A stretch of DNA of 64,000 nucleotides from Spirochaetota bacterium (GTDB lineage: Bacteria > Spirochaetota > UBA4802 > UBA5550), in NCBI GenBank assembly GCA_050298055.1, contig JBNKTL010000006.1, positions 70,280 through 134,279 on the forward strand, in the 5' to 3' direction. A program made the translations under genes and the position numbers. Shown here piece by piece: positions 28,540 through 37,201 of the stretch. The first letter of the stretch is position 1. Each line of letters opens with the position of its first letter. Below the pieces are notes generated by a model. It worked only from the letters and a program-made list of their open reading frames with translations. It had not been told where the DNA came from and made no database searches.

Positions 28540-30687
28540 TCATAATTCGAAGTCGTACGAGAGCTTCATGAGGATACCGGGATTATTTTCCGCAAAAGCG
28601 AATATGTCCCGGCTTTTCATGGCGTAGAGGGACACCGGTTCTTTATTATTAAAGGTAAAATACGCGGGTTCCTTTTTATGGACCTTCTGCATGGAGCCCA
28701 CAAGATCCCCCCGGGACAGAGTGGAAATGCTCTGCCCGTTTTTATGAACCTCCACAGTCCCGCTGCGGATAATGTAGATATATTCGGGCATTTCACCCTC
28801 TTTGATGATTGTACCCGGTTTTTCTCTTTCAACCGGCTCAAAGAGTGACTCAAGCCATGTCTTCTGTGATGATGTGCAGTGCCTGAAAAACTTGCTGGTG
28901 GAGAGAAGATTCCAGGTTTCGCTGTTTCGGATCTTGGCAAGGCGCATAAGTGTCTTTTCAAAATCGGTCCCATGAATAAAATCAAGGAACTTGTCTCTTT
29001 CTATGGTATAGGCAACAACATCGGTCTCCGCGGTGACATCAGCCGCCCTTTCATTTCCTGTTACCAGGGCTACCTCTCCGAAATATTCATATGTCCCGTA
29101 GAGTTTTTTCTCTTCCAGGTTCTCTCCGCTCACGGAAACATTGCCCGAGTAGATGATATAGAACTTGTCTCCACTGGTCCCCTTCTCGATTATCAGGTCA
29201 CCCTTATTGAAGGTCTCCTCATTGACAATGGTGACAAACTGCTGCACCTTTTCCACCGAGAGGTCCTGGAAGATGTCAAGGTGTTTCAGGATATTCAGCA
29301 CCTGGTAGGACTTCTCGAAAAACGGCGGTTCCGTTTCGAAGACAAGAGTATTCTCGATCCCAAATTTTGCAAGGGTCAGGATAGTGTCTTCGGGAAAGTC
29401 CTTCTTTGCAATATGGTAGACCACAATCCTTTTCTTCACGTCCTCGGGGAGCTGGTCAAGTATTGTAACGGGAGTATGAAGAGGAGGTATCCCGGCTTCA
29501 TGGTAGATCACCTTTGAATCCCAGGGGAAATTTCTCAATTCATTATACCGCTCCTCCGTAATATGTTCTCCCTCCAGGAGTTTCCTGTGAACAGCCGGAT
29601 CATTGTTGTGGTCTGAGGTGTAGACAAAGGTCTGGTCCTGAAAATTCATCTTGAAACCGATCGTTGGTATGGAGTGAAGCGTATAAAACATATCAAACCG
29701 CCCCCCATGGATAAAGAGAGGTTTCCCGATTTTTACCGGGTGGTAGTTAAAGAGCCTCTTCAGGTAATCCACGGATATGGAAGAGAGCGCAGAATACTTT
29801 CTCAAAAAACTGTGCATGACCGTTTCCGTGGCATAAACGGTTATCCTCCCCTCCTCCAGTATCTTCTGAAAAGTCCCGGCATCATGATCAGCGTGGCAGT
29901 GGGTAAGGATAATACTGTCAATAAGCTTGGGATTAACATTGGATGCTTCAAGCCATTCCGTTGAGTTTACCGGGGGATCAACCATGATTCCGTGATGGTT
30001 GAGCCAGATAATATAACCTGATGTGTTCTCATGGGGATCGAAGCCGTGGCTGGGGCCCAGGCAGGTAATACTGAACAGGGGCGGCTTATACGGCTCGGGA
30101 AGTCTCTCACCGATAAGAAATGTCGGCTTGTACTCATATTTACCCGGCACTTCGGCAATCAATCCATCGGGCCCTGTTACCCTGAAGCTTTTACCTCCGT
30201 TCTTTTCGATTGTTATATGCTTGTAAGTAAAGCTGTTATTGTTGAAGAGTCCCACGGAGATAAGGTCCTTCAGCTGGAGCTTGTTCCTGAAAAAATTCAT
30301 TTCGGACCTGATATCCGGGACTTTTTTATCATCCCCTATGGAAAAATAATCAGATGCAATATCGATATTCACAGGGCCAAAAATCGACTCCTGAAGCACA
30401 CTCTTTAGCTGGGGATACTGTTCCTTATTGCATATAATGATTGTCTTTTTGCTGTTGAGAAAGAAATTATAATAAATGGGAAACTCAACTTCCGCGAGGC
30501 TTATCCCCTTCACCCAGTCAAACATCACATCGGTCATGACAAAAATCATGGGCACTCCCTTGGGAAATCCCATTGTGTCCTTGATAGTCTCCGGCGGAGA
30601 ACCGAACTGGATATAGCCAACAGGGGTATCAACAAGATAACCTCCCCTGTTCAATTCAATATATTTTTTATCCTCTGCTGTCATCAC
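28540..30687 (-). CDS. MBL-fold putative cyclic-nucleotide phosphodiesterase with two cNMP-binding domains
   Basis: THCHADHDAG (HxHxDH), LHSIP, SDH and LHTP motifs; CNB1 FGEVAL...RAADV; CNB2 degenerate. Confidence 0.85.
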   Translation of the reverse strand: MMTAEDKKYIELNRGGYLVDTPVGYIQFGSPPETIKDTMGFPKGVPMIFVMTDVMFDWVKGISLAEVEFPIYYNFFLNSKKTIIICNKEQYPQLKSVLQESIFGPVNIDIASDYFSIGDDKKVPDIRSEMNFFRNKLQLKDLISVGLFNNNSFTYKHITIEKNGGKSFRVTGPDGLIAEVPGKYEYKPTFLIGERLPEPYKPPLFSITCLGPSHGFDPHENTSGYIIWLNHHGIMVDPPVNSTEWLEASNVNPKLIDSIILTHCHADHDAGTFQKILEEGRITVYATETVMHSFLRKYSALSSISVDYLKRLFNYHPVKIGKPLFIHGGRFDMFYTLHSIPTIGFKMNFQDQTFVYTSDHNNDPAVHRKLLEGEHITEERYNELRNFPWDSKVIYHEAGIPPLHTPVTILDQLPEDVKKRIVVYHIAKKDFPEDTILTLAKFGIENTLVFETEPPFFEKSYQVLNILKHLDIFQDLSVEKVQQFVTIVNEETFNKGDLIIEKGTSGDKFYIIYSGNVSVSGENLEEKKLYGTYEYFGEVALVTGNERAADVTAETDVVAYTIERDKFLDFIHGTDFEKTLMRLAKIRNSETWNLLSTSKFFRHCTSSQKTWLESLFEPVEREKPGTIIKEGEMPEYIYIIRSGTVEVHKNGQSISTLSRGDLVGSMQKVHKKEPAYFTFNNKEPVSLYAMKSRDIFAFAENNPGILMKLSYDFEL

Positions 30688-30752
30688 ATATTAACGGTTA
30701 TAAATTTATTTTTGAATCCGGCTCTGTCAATCAATTTTATTCAGGAGATATC

Positions 30753-31400
30753 TTAATTCTCATATACTGTAAAAAGTTTATGCGAATTAAACAGCATGTC
30801 CGGTGTTACAACCGGTTCATCAAGAGGGATCTCATCCCCGAATTCATCGGTGAATTTTTCAGCAGTAAAGGGATGAGTAAGATCAAAACTCCCGAGTCTT
30901 CTGAAACCGGTGAGCCTTACACCCAGCCCTTGAGAGCAGACCTTCCATATTAATTCAGAAGAATAAATATATTTATCACTCCATTGAAAAAAATAATCAT
31001 ACCTTTTCCCGATAAATCTCCGTGCAATCCTTTCCAGGTTTTTTAGTGACTTTGTATTTATGAGCCTGTCATAGTCCTTCAGCCTCTTAACAGTAAAGTG
31101 CCTTCCCAGACCTCTCTTTACAAAGGTCTGCAGTTTGGAGACCTTTACCCGTGCCATTGCTTCCAGGACGTATATATTATTATAATAAACAATCACTATC
31201 CCCGCATGTGTATACTTTCTGACACCCAGGTATTTAACAGCCATCCCCGGACCTGACCATGATTCTTGAAAAATTATGTCACCGGTCCTGATATCCGGTT
31301 CTTCACTTCCAGCCGGAGGTGAAGCAAGTGAGACAGATAAGATAAATAAAACAATGAACCCGAACTTCTTCATATAATTCATATCCGGATTTGACGACAC
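30753..31400 (-). CDS. YiiX/YebB-like permuted papain-like (NlpC/P60) protein
   Basis: GDIIFQ, YTHAGIV, VLEA, GKRYDYFF.W and VTP motifs. The catalytic YCSE reads YSSE here. Confidence 0.85.
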   Translation of the reverse strand: MSSNPDMNYMKKFGFIVLFILSVSLASPPAGSEEPDIRTGDIIFQESWSGPGMAVKYLGVRKYTHAGIVIVYYNNIYVLEAMARVKVSKLQTFVKRGLGRHFTVKRLKDYDRLINTKSLKNLERIARRFIGKRYDYFFQWSDKYIYSSELIWKVCSQGLGVRLTGFRRLGSFDLTHPFTAEKFTDEFGDEIPLDEPVVTPDMLFNSHKLFTVYEN

Positions 31401-31621
31401 TATGACTTTTTTTCAAGTAATAAATAATAATAATTTAAAAAGGAGAAATTGAATTTTTTTTGAATTTCATTGCTATGAGATTTTAATTTGTCATTCCCGT
31501 GAAAGCTCTTCGCGAGAGACTTGAAAATCGATGTCTTCCCCGCGCCGGTAATATCTTCAAGTAAGACGTGACCATCCGCAGGGAATGACATCAATAAGTC
31601 CAAGCACTTTTGATTTTCCAA
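31400..31621 (-). pseudogene. MoxR-type AAA+ ATPase N-terminal remnant
   Basis: GHVLLEDITGAGKTSIFKSLAKS (MoxR Walker A region), then unrelated AT-rich sequence. Confidence 0.7.
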
Positions 31622-31746
31622 CTACGACTTTTGATATCTTTTTATGGTTTTATTTCAGGGCCATAATGTAAATAACTATTTAATAATTACGGGGAACCTG
31701 CTTGCAAACAATTACAATAAGACAGTTTTTTTAATACCTGAAAATC

Positions 31747-32085
31747 TTACTCTTCAATGACATCAGGGTCAGTCGCCGCGCAGTCATTCATTCTTATAAG
31801 CCAGCTGCCTTTATCAATATCAACAAACCTGTTATATGAGGTCCCATCACAATCCCATGTTACCTCATGATTACCTGTAGCAACTTCTTTTGCTTCGGTT
31901 GTCTCTCCATCACTATAAGGCCCAGTCCAGGTAGCACCGGCTCCTTCAATATTTGCAAGGGTATATCCTGTATCGTTATCAAAGCGAACATATGCTTTAC
32001 CATCATCAGCTTCATCAGAGCAGAACATGCCCCCTCCCCCGACGATAAGAACTGACAGGGCTAAAAATACCAACATTTTTTTCAT
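31747..32085 (-). CDS. Small acidic lipoprotein
   Basis: AAGGAG RBS; MKKMLVFLALSVLIVGGGGMFC signal and lipobox. Confidence 0.75.
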   Translation of the reverse strand: MKKMLVFLALSVLIVGGGGMFCSDEADDGKAYVRFDNDTGYTLANIEGAGATWTGPYSDGETTEAKEVATGNHEVTWDCDGTSYNRFVDIDKGSWLIRMNDCAATDPDVIEE

Positions 32086-32245
32086 GATGTACTCCTTATA
32101 TATTAGAAATTTATTTCAGTTACAATTTAATTTTATAAAAGTATATGGAAGAAAACATCGTACTAAAGTACTAGTGGTTTATTTTTTTTCATAAATATTA
32201 AAAAGATTGATCAGTTGGATCCTGTTCTTAATACCAAGTTTGTTA

Positions 32246-32426
32246 TTAACTACTCAGCTATTTTTTTCTGAAGCGGTAATTTCTTACTATTAATTTGTGA
32301 GGCATAATTTATATTATGTTTCCAGGAAGCACGATGAGATTGAAAAGATTTATGATCAGGGCAAAAAAGCTGTTGTTAATCCTGTTGAAGGTTTTAATAA
32401 ATGAGTTTACATAGCTGAGTAGTTAC
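32246..32426 (+). mobile_element. Internally deleted IS66-like element with the same TIRs as the MITE family
   Basis: Perfect 15-bp TIR TAACTACTCAGCTAT / ATAGCTGAGTAGTTA(C). No GC hairpin core. Interior 32324-32404 reads RKHDEIEKIYDQGKKAVVNPVEG, like the N-terminus of single-ORF IS66 transposases. Confidence 0.7.
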
Positions 32427-32471
32427 CTATAACTTAATATCGATATTATTCCTGGACAGGGAGGAGCTTTT

Positions 32472-32795
32472 ATGTTTTCAAAACAAAGTAAAGATGGATA
32501 TAAAACACCGGCCACCGGTGTACAGATGAAAACCGTAAACTATGGGGAAAAAACCCTGATGACCGAATTCCGGCTTAAAAAGGGGAGCAGTGTCCCCGCC
32601 CACAGCCACTACCATGAACAGACCGGTTATCTTATATCGGGACGCATGGAACTTGTAATCGGCAGCGAAACATACAAAGTTGAACCGGGAGACAGCTGGA
32701 ATATACCGTCCCATACGGAGCATTTTGCAACGGTCATTGAGGATTCTGTTGCCATTGAAGTATTCTCCCCGGTCAGGGAAGATTATCTGCCCTGA
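32472..32795 (+). CDS. Cupin domain protein
   Basis: PAHSHYHEQTGYLISG...PGDSWNIP..TEH; ends FSPVREDY. Confidence 0.9.
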   Translation: MFSKQSKDGYKTPATGVQMKTVNYGEKTLMTEFRLKKGSSVPAHSHYHEQTGYLISGRMELVIGSETYKVEPGDSWNIPSHTEHFATVIEDSVAIEVFSPVREDYLP

Positions 32796-34729
32796 GATCC
32801 CGGTTGAGATAAAATTTCACCGGCCTTCTCTCTTTTCAGATTATTTAATATCCGTGTCCGGTAGTTTTCCGTAAACCTGTATGACGGTTTAAGCTTCTCA
32901 ACAATTTTGAGGTTTTCAAATGCTTCCCTGTAATCCTTGAGTCTGTAGAGGGAAAGCATCATCAGATAACGGGCCTCTATCTCCTTCGGTTTGAAATAGA
33001 TATAACGGGCAACATTTTTGTGTGCTTTTAAATATTCCTTTTTCTGGTAATAGACCCATGCAATTCCCAGGAGAGCGTCACTATTGTTCCTGTCAGATTT
33101 CAGTATACCTTCATAGACCTTCAGAGCAGCATCATATCTCTTTTTCCTGTAATAGAGTTTTCCCAGGATACCCGAAAGTCTCGATGAACCGGTAAAACCT
33201 ATACCCCTTTTGAGGATCTCAATGGCTTTATCAGTCCTGCCCGAATTCCTGTAAAAACGGGAAAGGTTTATATAGGGCAGGATGTACCGCTTATCAATAC
33301 CCAGGGCCTTTTCATAATACTCAACGACCTTTCTTTTGTCCCCTTTTTTGCCGGAGATATACCCGAGATTAAAGTACGCCTCTCCGTAGCCGCTGTCCAG
33401 TTCAATTGCTTTGAGAAAGTATCTTTCTGCCCTGTTGAGTTTTCCCTGTTTGCTGAAAAGGACGCCCAGGTTATAATAGATCAGGGGAGAATCAGGTTTT
33501 TGTTTAATTGCAATTTTATAGTATTTAACAGCATTAATAAAGTCGTTCATTTTCGAATAGGTCACTCCCAGGTTAACAACAGCTTTGTAATATAAACTGT
33601 CAATTTTTAACGCTTTCAAATATTCTTCCGCCGCCATCCGATGATTCTTCAAACCGAAATAGGAACGGGCACGATTAAAGTGATAAAGCTTGTTCCCCGG
33701 GTATTCACTGACAAGAGAACTGTAAACATCAAGGGAACTCTTAAACTCACCCAGTGAAAGGTATATGAACCCGAGGTATGACTGAAGAATATCGGCATGG
33801 GGGGATACCGCAAGCCCTTCCCTCAGAGTCTTGATGGCTCTCACCGGTTTTTCCGAATCAAAAAAATATTTCCCGATAATATAGTATCCGTATGAGTAAC
33901 TGCGATCAAGGGCAAGGACTTTCCTGTACTCCTTTATTCCCTTTACCCTGTTTTTTTCATAGAGAAGGCCCGCAAGCTTTCTCCGTGCTTTTACATTGGA
34001 AGGATTAAGCCGGATCGATTCATTCAGGTTTGCCATTGCCTTAACCCTCTTTTTCAGTTTCACCTGGCAGAGACTCAGCCTGTAGAAAGCCGTAGATTTT
34101 CGTGTACCGGAAGAGATCTCAACTGCCGATCTGAAACTGTTTGCTGCTTCTTTATACTTTCGCATTTTATAGAGGAGAAGACCAAGATTGCTGTTCCCTT
34201 CATAGGAGAGGGGATTTTGTAGCAGGTATTTTTTATAGCTCTCAACCGCTTTATCATAGCTTTTTTCATCCCTGCTGTAGATGAGTCCATAGTAGAAACT
34301 GAGAACAGGGTTGTTTTCTTCTGATAAACCGTTCAAGACACGAAGACCTTTATTGCTCTGATCCACCTTATAATATGAGAATGCCAGGACGATCAGCGAA
34401 TCTGTGACGTTCCTGAATTCAGCTGGCATTTTTTTCAAAAGAGAGATGATGCGGGAATAGTTTTTTTTCTTCAAGTGACTGTTTATCCTGACAACTTGGT
34501 CTGTATATTTTGCAGGGTATCTTTCAGCACTGAGCTTTACTTCTGCAAGAAGACTCTCCTTCTCCTCTTCAACGGTCCCTGTATCAAGCCTGATATTAAG
34601 AGCCTGTTCCGAACGTTCTTCAATAACAGCATCAATATAGTTCAAAAAGAAAAAGAGGAGCAGAAGAAGGAGAATGAAAGGGAGAAAACTCTCGGTAATG
34701 ATCAGTTTCAATGACAGCTTACCGTTCAT
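32783..34729 (-). CDS. Membrane-anchored TPR-repeat protein
   Basis: N-terminal TM segment and many TPR units (YYNLGVL, AYFNLGYI, VNLGVTY); ATGA overlap with the upstream ligase. Confidence 0.9.
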   Translation of the reverse strand: MNGKLSLKLIITESFLPFILLLLLLFFFLNYIDAVIEERSEQALNIRLDTGTVEEEKESLLAEVKLSAERYPAKYTDQVVRINSHLKKKNYSRIISLLKKMPAEFRNVTDSLIVLAFSYYKVDQSNKGLRVLNGLSEENNPVLSFYYGLIYSRDEKSYDKAVESYKKYLLQNPLSYEGNSNLGLLLYKMRKYKEAANSFRSAVEISSGTRKSTAFYRLSLCQVKLKKRVKAMANLNESIRLNPSNVKARRKLAGLLYEKNRVKGIKEYRKVLALDRSYSYGYYIIGKYFFDSEKPVRAIKTLREGLAVSPHADILQSYLGFIYLSLGEFKSSLDVYSSLVSEYPGNKLYHFNRARSYFGLKNHRMAAEEYLKALKIDSLYYKAVVNLGVTYSKMNDFINAVKYYKIAIKQKPDSPLIYYNLGVLFSKQGKLNRAERYFLKAIELDSGYGEAYFNLGYISGKKGDKRKVVEYYEKALGIDKRYILPYINLSRFYRNSGRTDKAIEILKRGIGFTGSSRLSGILGKLYYRKKRYDAALKVYEGILKSDRNNSDALLGIAWVYYQKKEYLKAHKNVARYIYFKPKEIEARYLMMLSLYRLKDYREAFENLKIVEKLKPSYRFTENYRTRILNNLKREKAGEILSQPGSQGR

Positions 34730-35622
34730 TGGGCACCTCCGGCCCTTTCCCGCAAAAGGCCATGGAGCCCCGCATTCCCGATATTCTGTATCTCCAGTCC
34801 CGGGCGTGCATTTATCTCGAGTATAAGCGGCCCTCTCTCCCTGTCCACGGCAAAGTCAAAACCGAGATAGTTGAGCCTGATATCATCGGGAAGCATACCG
34901 CACATCCTGAGCATATCTTTGAAAAAGGGGATTTTCTTCCCCACAAGTCCGGCGCCTGTATCGGGATGTTTTTCAATCTTACCCCTTTTGATGCTCGCCG
35001 CGTATGTGAGGCCCGACGATATCTCAACAGCCACGCCCACACCGCCCTGGTGAAGATTTGCCCTGCCCCCCGATTCCCCTGTGGGTATTCTCATCATGGC
35101 CATAACCGGCTCCTTCCTGTATGTGATGATCCTGATATCGGAGAGTCCCCGGGGATAAAGATCAGAAAAAAAGTGATGGGGATAAATCCTCTCTTCAATA
35201 AATGCAATATCATTGAGTCCGTTTGAGTAGACTCCCAGTATAATATCACCCAGTCTCTTCCTGATTTTACTATGTACTATTTCATTCCCGTCTGTATCCC
35301 AAAAACCGCTGTCACTCCTTTCCCCGAGAACCATAATTCCTGAACCCATCTTTCCCCTGTCAGGCTTGATAACAAAGTTTTTCCACTCCCCGGATATGGT
35401 TTCAAAATCAACAATTTCCCTGAACTCGGTAAAGATCCCCAGTGTTTCCGGAAAAGGGAGCCCTGCCTTTTCAAGGATCTTCTTTGTTTCCAGTTTCCGG
35501 TCTGCAAGACGGAAGAATTTGCGGGAACTTCCCGTGTAAATATAGTCAATATTTCTGCGGTTGATTCCCAGGATACCCCTGCTGTCCCCGCTTACCATCC
35601 ACTTAAAGAATTCCCTATTCAT
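34726..35622 (-). CDS. Alpha-L-glutamate-ligase-like (RimK-related) ATP-grasp protein
   Basis: ILGINRRN, FVIKPDRGKMGSGI, DIRII, AMMRIPT..S.GRANLHQGG and LEINARPGLEIQ motifs; GGAGG RBS before ATG 35622. Confidence 0.9.
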   Translation of the reverse strand: MNREFFKWMVSGDSRGILGINRRNIDYIYTGSSRKFFRLADRKLETKKILEKAGLPFPETLGIFTEFREIVDFETISGEWKNFVIKPDRGKMGSGIMVLGERSDSGFWDTDGNEIVHSKIRKRLGDIILGVYSNGLNDIAFIEERIYPHHFFSDLYPRGLSDIRIITYRKEPVMAMMRIPTGESGGRANLHQGGVGVAVEISSGLTYAASIKRGKIEKHPDTGAGLVGKKIPFFKDMLRMCGMLPDDIRLNYLGFDFAVDRERGPLILEINARPGLEIQNIGNAGLHGLLRERAGGAQ

Positions 35623-37201
35623 CACGGCCCTCCTTTTGAAAAACCGGATAAAACCGGATGAACTCGGTAAACCTGATACCGGACCACCTGCCGATAAGGA
35701 TATTGAGACCAACCAGGAGAATTATAAGTTCTGGGAAAGAGAGCATTGAGAGCTGCAGGAAGGTTGAATTCATGAAATAAAAGCAGATAACAATGACAAC
35801 AAGAGTATTCAGAGTTACCACGAGAAGCTTCATGCTTCCCTCCTCTTCCACAATTGCCATAACCCTGTTTACCGTAATGGCAATGATTGCAACCGGGAAG
35901 AAAACGACATTTATGAGATCATAGTTCTTAAAGTTTATCCCTGTGAGAAAAAGCACCAGGATGGAGAGTATGACCCCGGAGAGAAGTATGGACATCTTGG
36001 GATGATAGAGGAGTTCAAGCTTAGTGACCAAAAAGTTTATAACATAGACCAGGACAATAATTCCCGTAAATACAGCAAGTCCCAGGAGAATACCTGTTCC
36101 CCTGAGAGCAGAGGCCACAAGGATAGGGAGAAATATCCCAAAGGTTTGAAATCCTATGATGTTTCTCAGAATGACCGAGACCAGGGCGCCCAGGGGAAGC
36201 ATAAGGAGATAGATCAGAATATTCAGTGATATATTAAACTTCTCAAAATTCGAAAGCACCGCAAAGATATTAACCGGCATGTCCCTGTACTTGAGACTGA
36301 GACCCGCTTTGGGAATATTAACTTTTTCAAAGGAAAACCGGTAAGTAAACCCTACCTGAGAGCTATGTTTGAAAAGGACTTCATCTCCATAATAGAGGAG
36401 AATATACCTCAGGGGCAGTTCCGCAAAATAGTTGTTCGTTGGGCAGAAAGGGACCCAGTGCCCGTTGATATAGACCTCCACCCACTGGTGGGTCGTCTTT
36501 TTCGGGGACCTGTTCAGGATGACTCCCCCCACAACCCGGGCAGGGACCCCAAGCAGCCTTACCATTGCCACATAGAGCCTGCTCTTCCCATTACAGCTGG
36601 CTTCGAGAAGCTGCAGAGTCGATTCTGCATCGAGACCACCGCTGAAATTAACATAGCGTATGTCCTTTACCACAAAGTTGTGAATGGCCCTGATCTTTTC
36701 ATAGAGGGAGTACTTGTCACGGGTAAGCTCCTTCAACTTGTTTTTGATCAGCAGGGAGTTGATCTGTATGAGATCCGTGTTTTTGAGATAGTTTTGTAAC
36801 GATTCCGGGTAGTCTTCCCTGGCAACGGTCTCATTACTGAAGAGAAACCTTATCCTTGCCGACTTTATCCGCGAAATATACTTTATCTTGTTAACACCGG
36901 AGATATTCTCCCCCCTCCACTGGGCCTGCTTGTTTCCGTTCACCTTCATAACTTTGAACCTGAAGGCATCGGAAATACTTTCCTCCCTGTAAACCTGCTG
37001 CTTTGTGCTGTCCTGGGGCACATAAGTCGCAATCTCAACAGATCTGTTACGTATGTTTTTTGTTATGACCTCAAGAGTAAGTTTGTATCCTTTTTCCGGG
37101 ATCACATCAAAAGGATCATAGTCCAGGTAGTAGATCTTCCAGAGAATGATCACAAGTGTGAGTGCAATAAGCAGCACGCTTATGGAGGCCCATCTTCTCA
37201 T
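35615..37201 (-). CDS. Transglutaminase-like domain fused to a 7TM domain
   Basis: N-terminal TM; ASCNGKSRL...GVPARVVGG...THQWVEVY...WVPFCPT; 7TM part with RNIIGFQTFGIFLP, FFPVAI, EEEG and FPE...GRWSGIR.TE..RF. Confidence 0.9.
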   Translation of the reverse strand: MRRWASISVLLIALTLVIILWKIYYLDYDPFDVIPEKGYKLTLEVITKNIRNRSVEIATYVPQDSTKQQVYREESISDAFRFKVMKVNGNKQAQWRGENISGVNKIKYISRIKSARIRFLFSNETVAREDYPESLQNYLKNTDLIQINSLLIKNKLKELTRDKYSLYEKIRAIHNFVVKDIRYVNFSGGLDAESTLQLLEASCNGKSRLYVAMVRLLGVPARVVGGVILNRSPKKTTHQWVEVYINGHWVPFCPTNNYFAELPLRYILLYYGDEVLFKHSSQVGFTYRFSFEKVNIPKAGLSLKYRDMPVNIFAVLSNFEKFNISLNILIYLLMLPLGALVSVILRNIIGFQTFGIFLPILVASALRGTGILLGLAVFTGIIVLVYVINFLVTKLELLYHPKMSILLSGVILSILVLFLTGINFKNYDLINVVFFPVAIIAITVNRVMAIVEEEGSMKLLVVTLNTLVVIVICFYFMNSTFLQLSMLSFPELIILLVGLNILIGRWSGIRFTEFIRFYPVFQKEGRDE

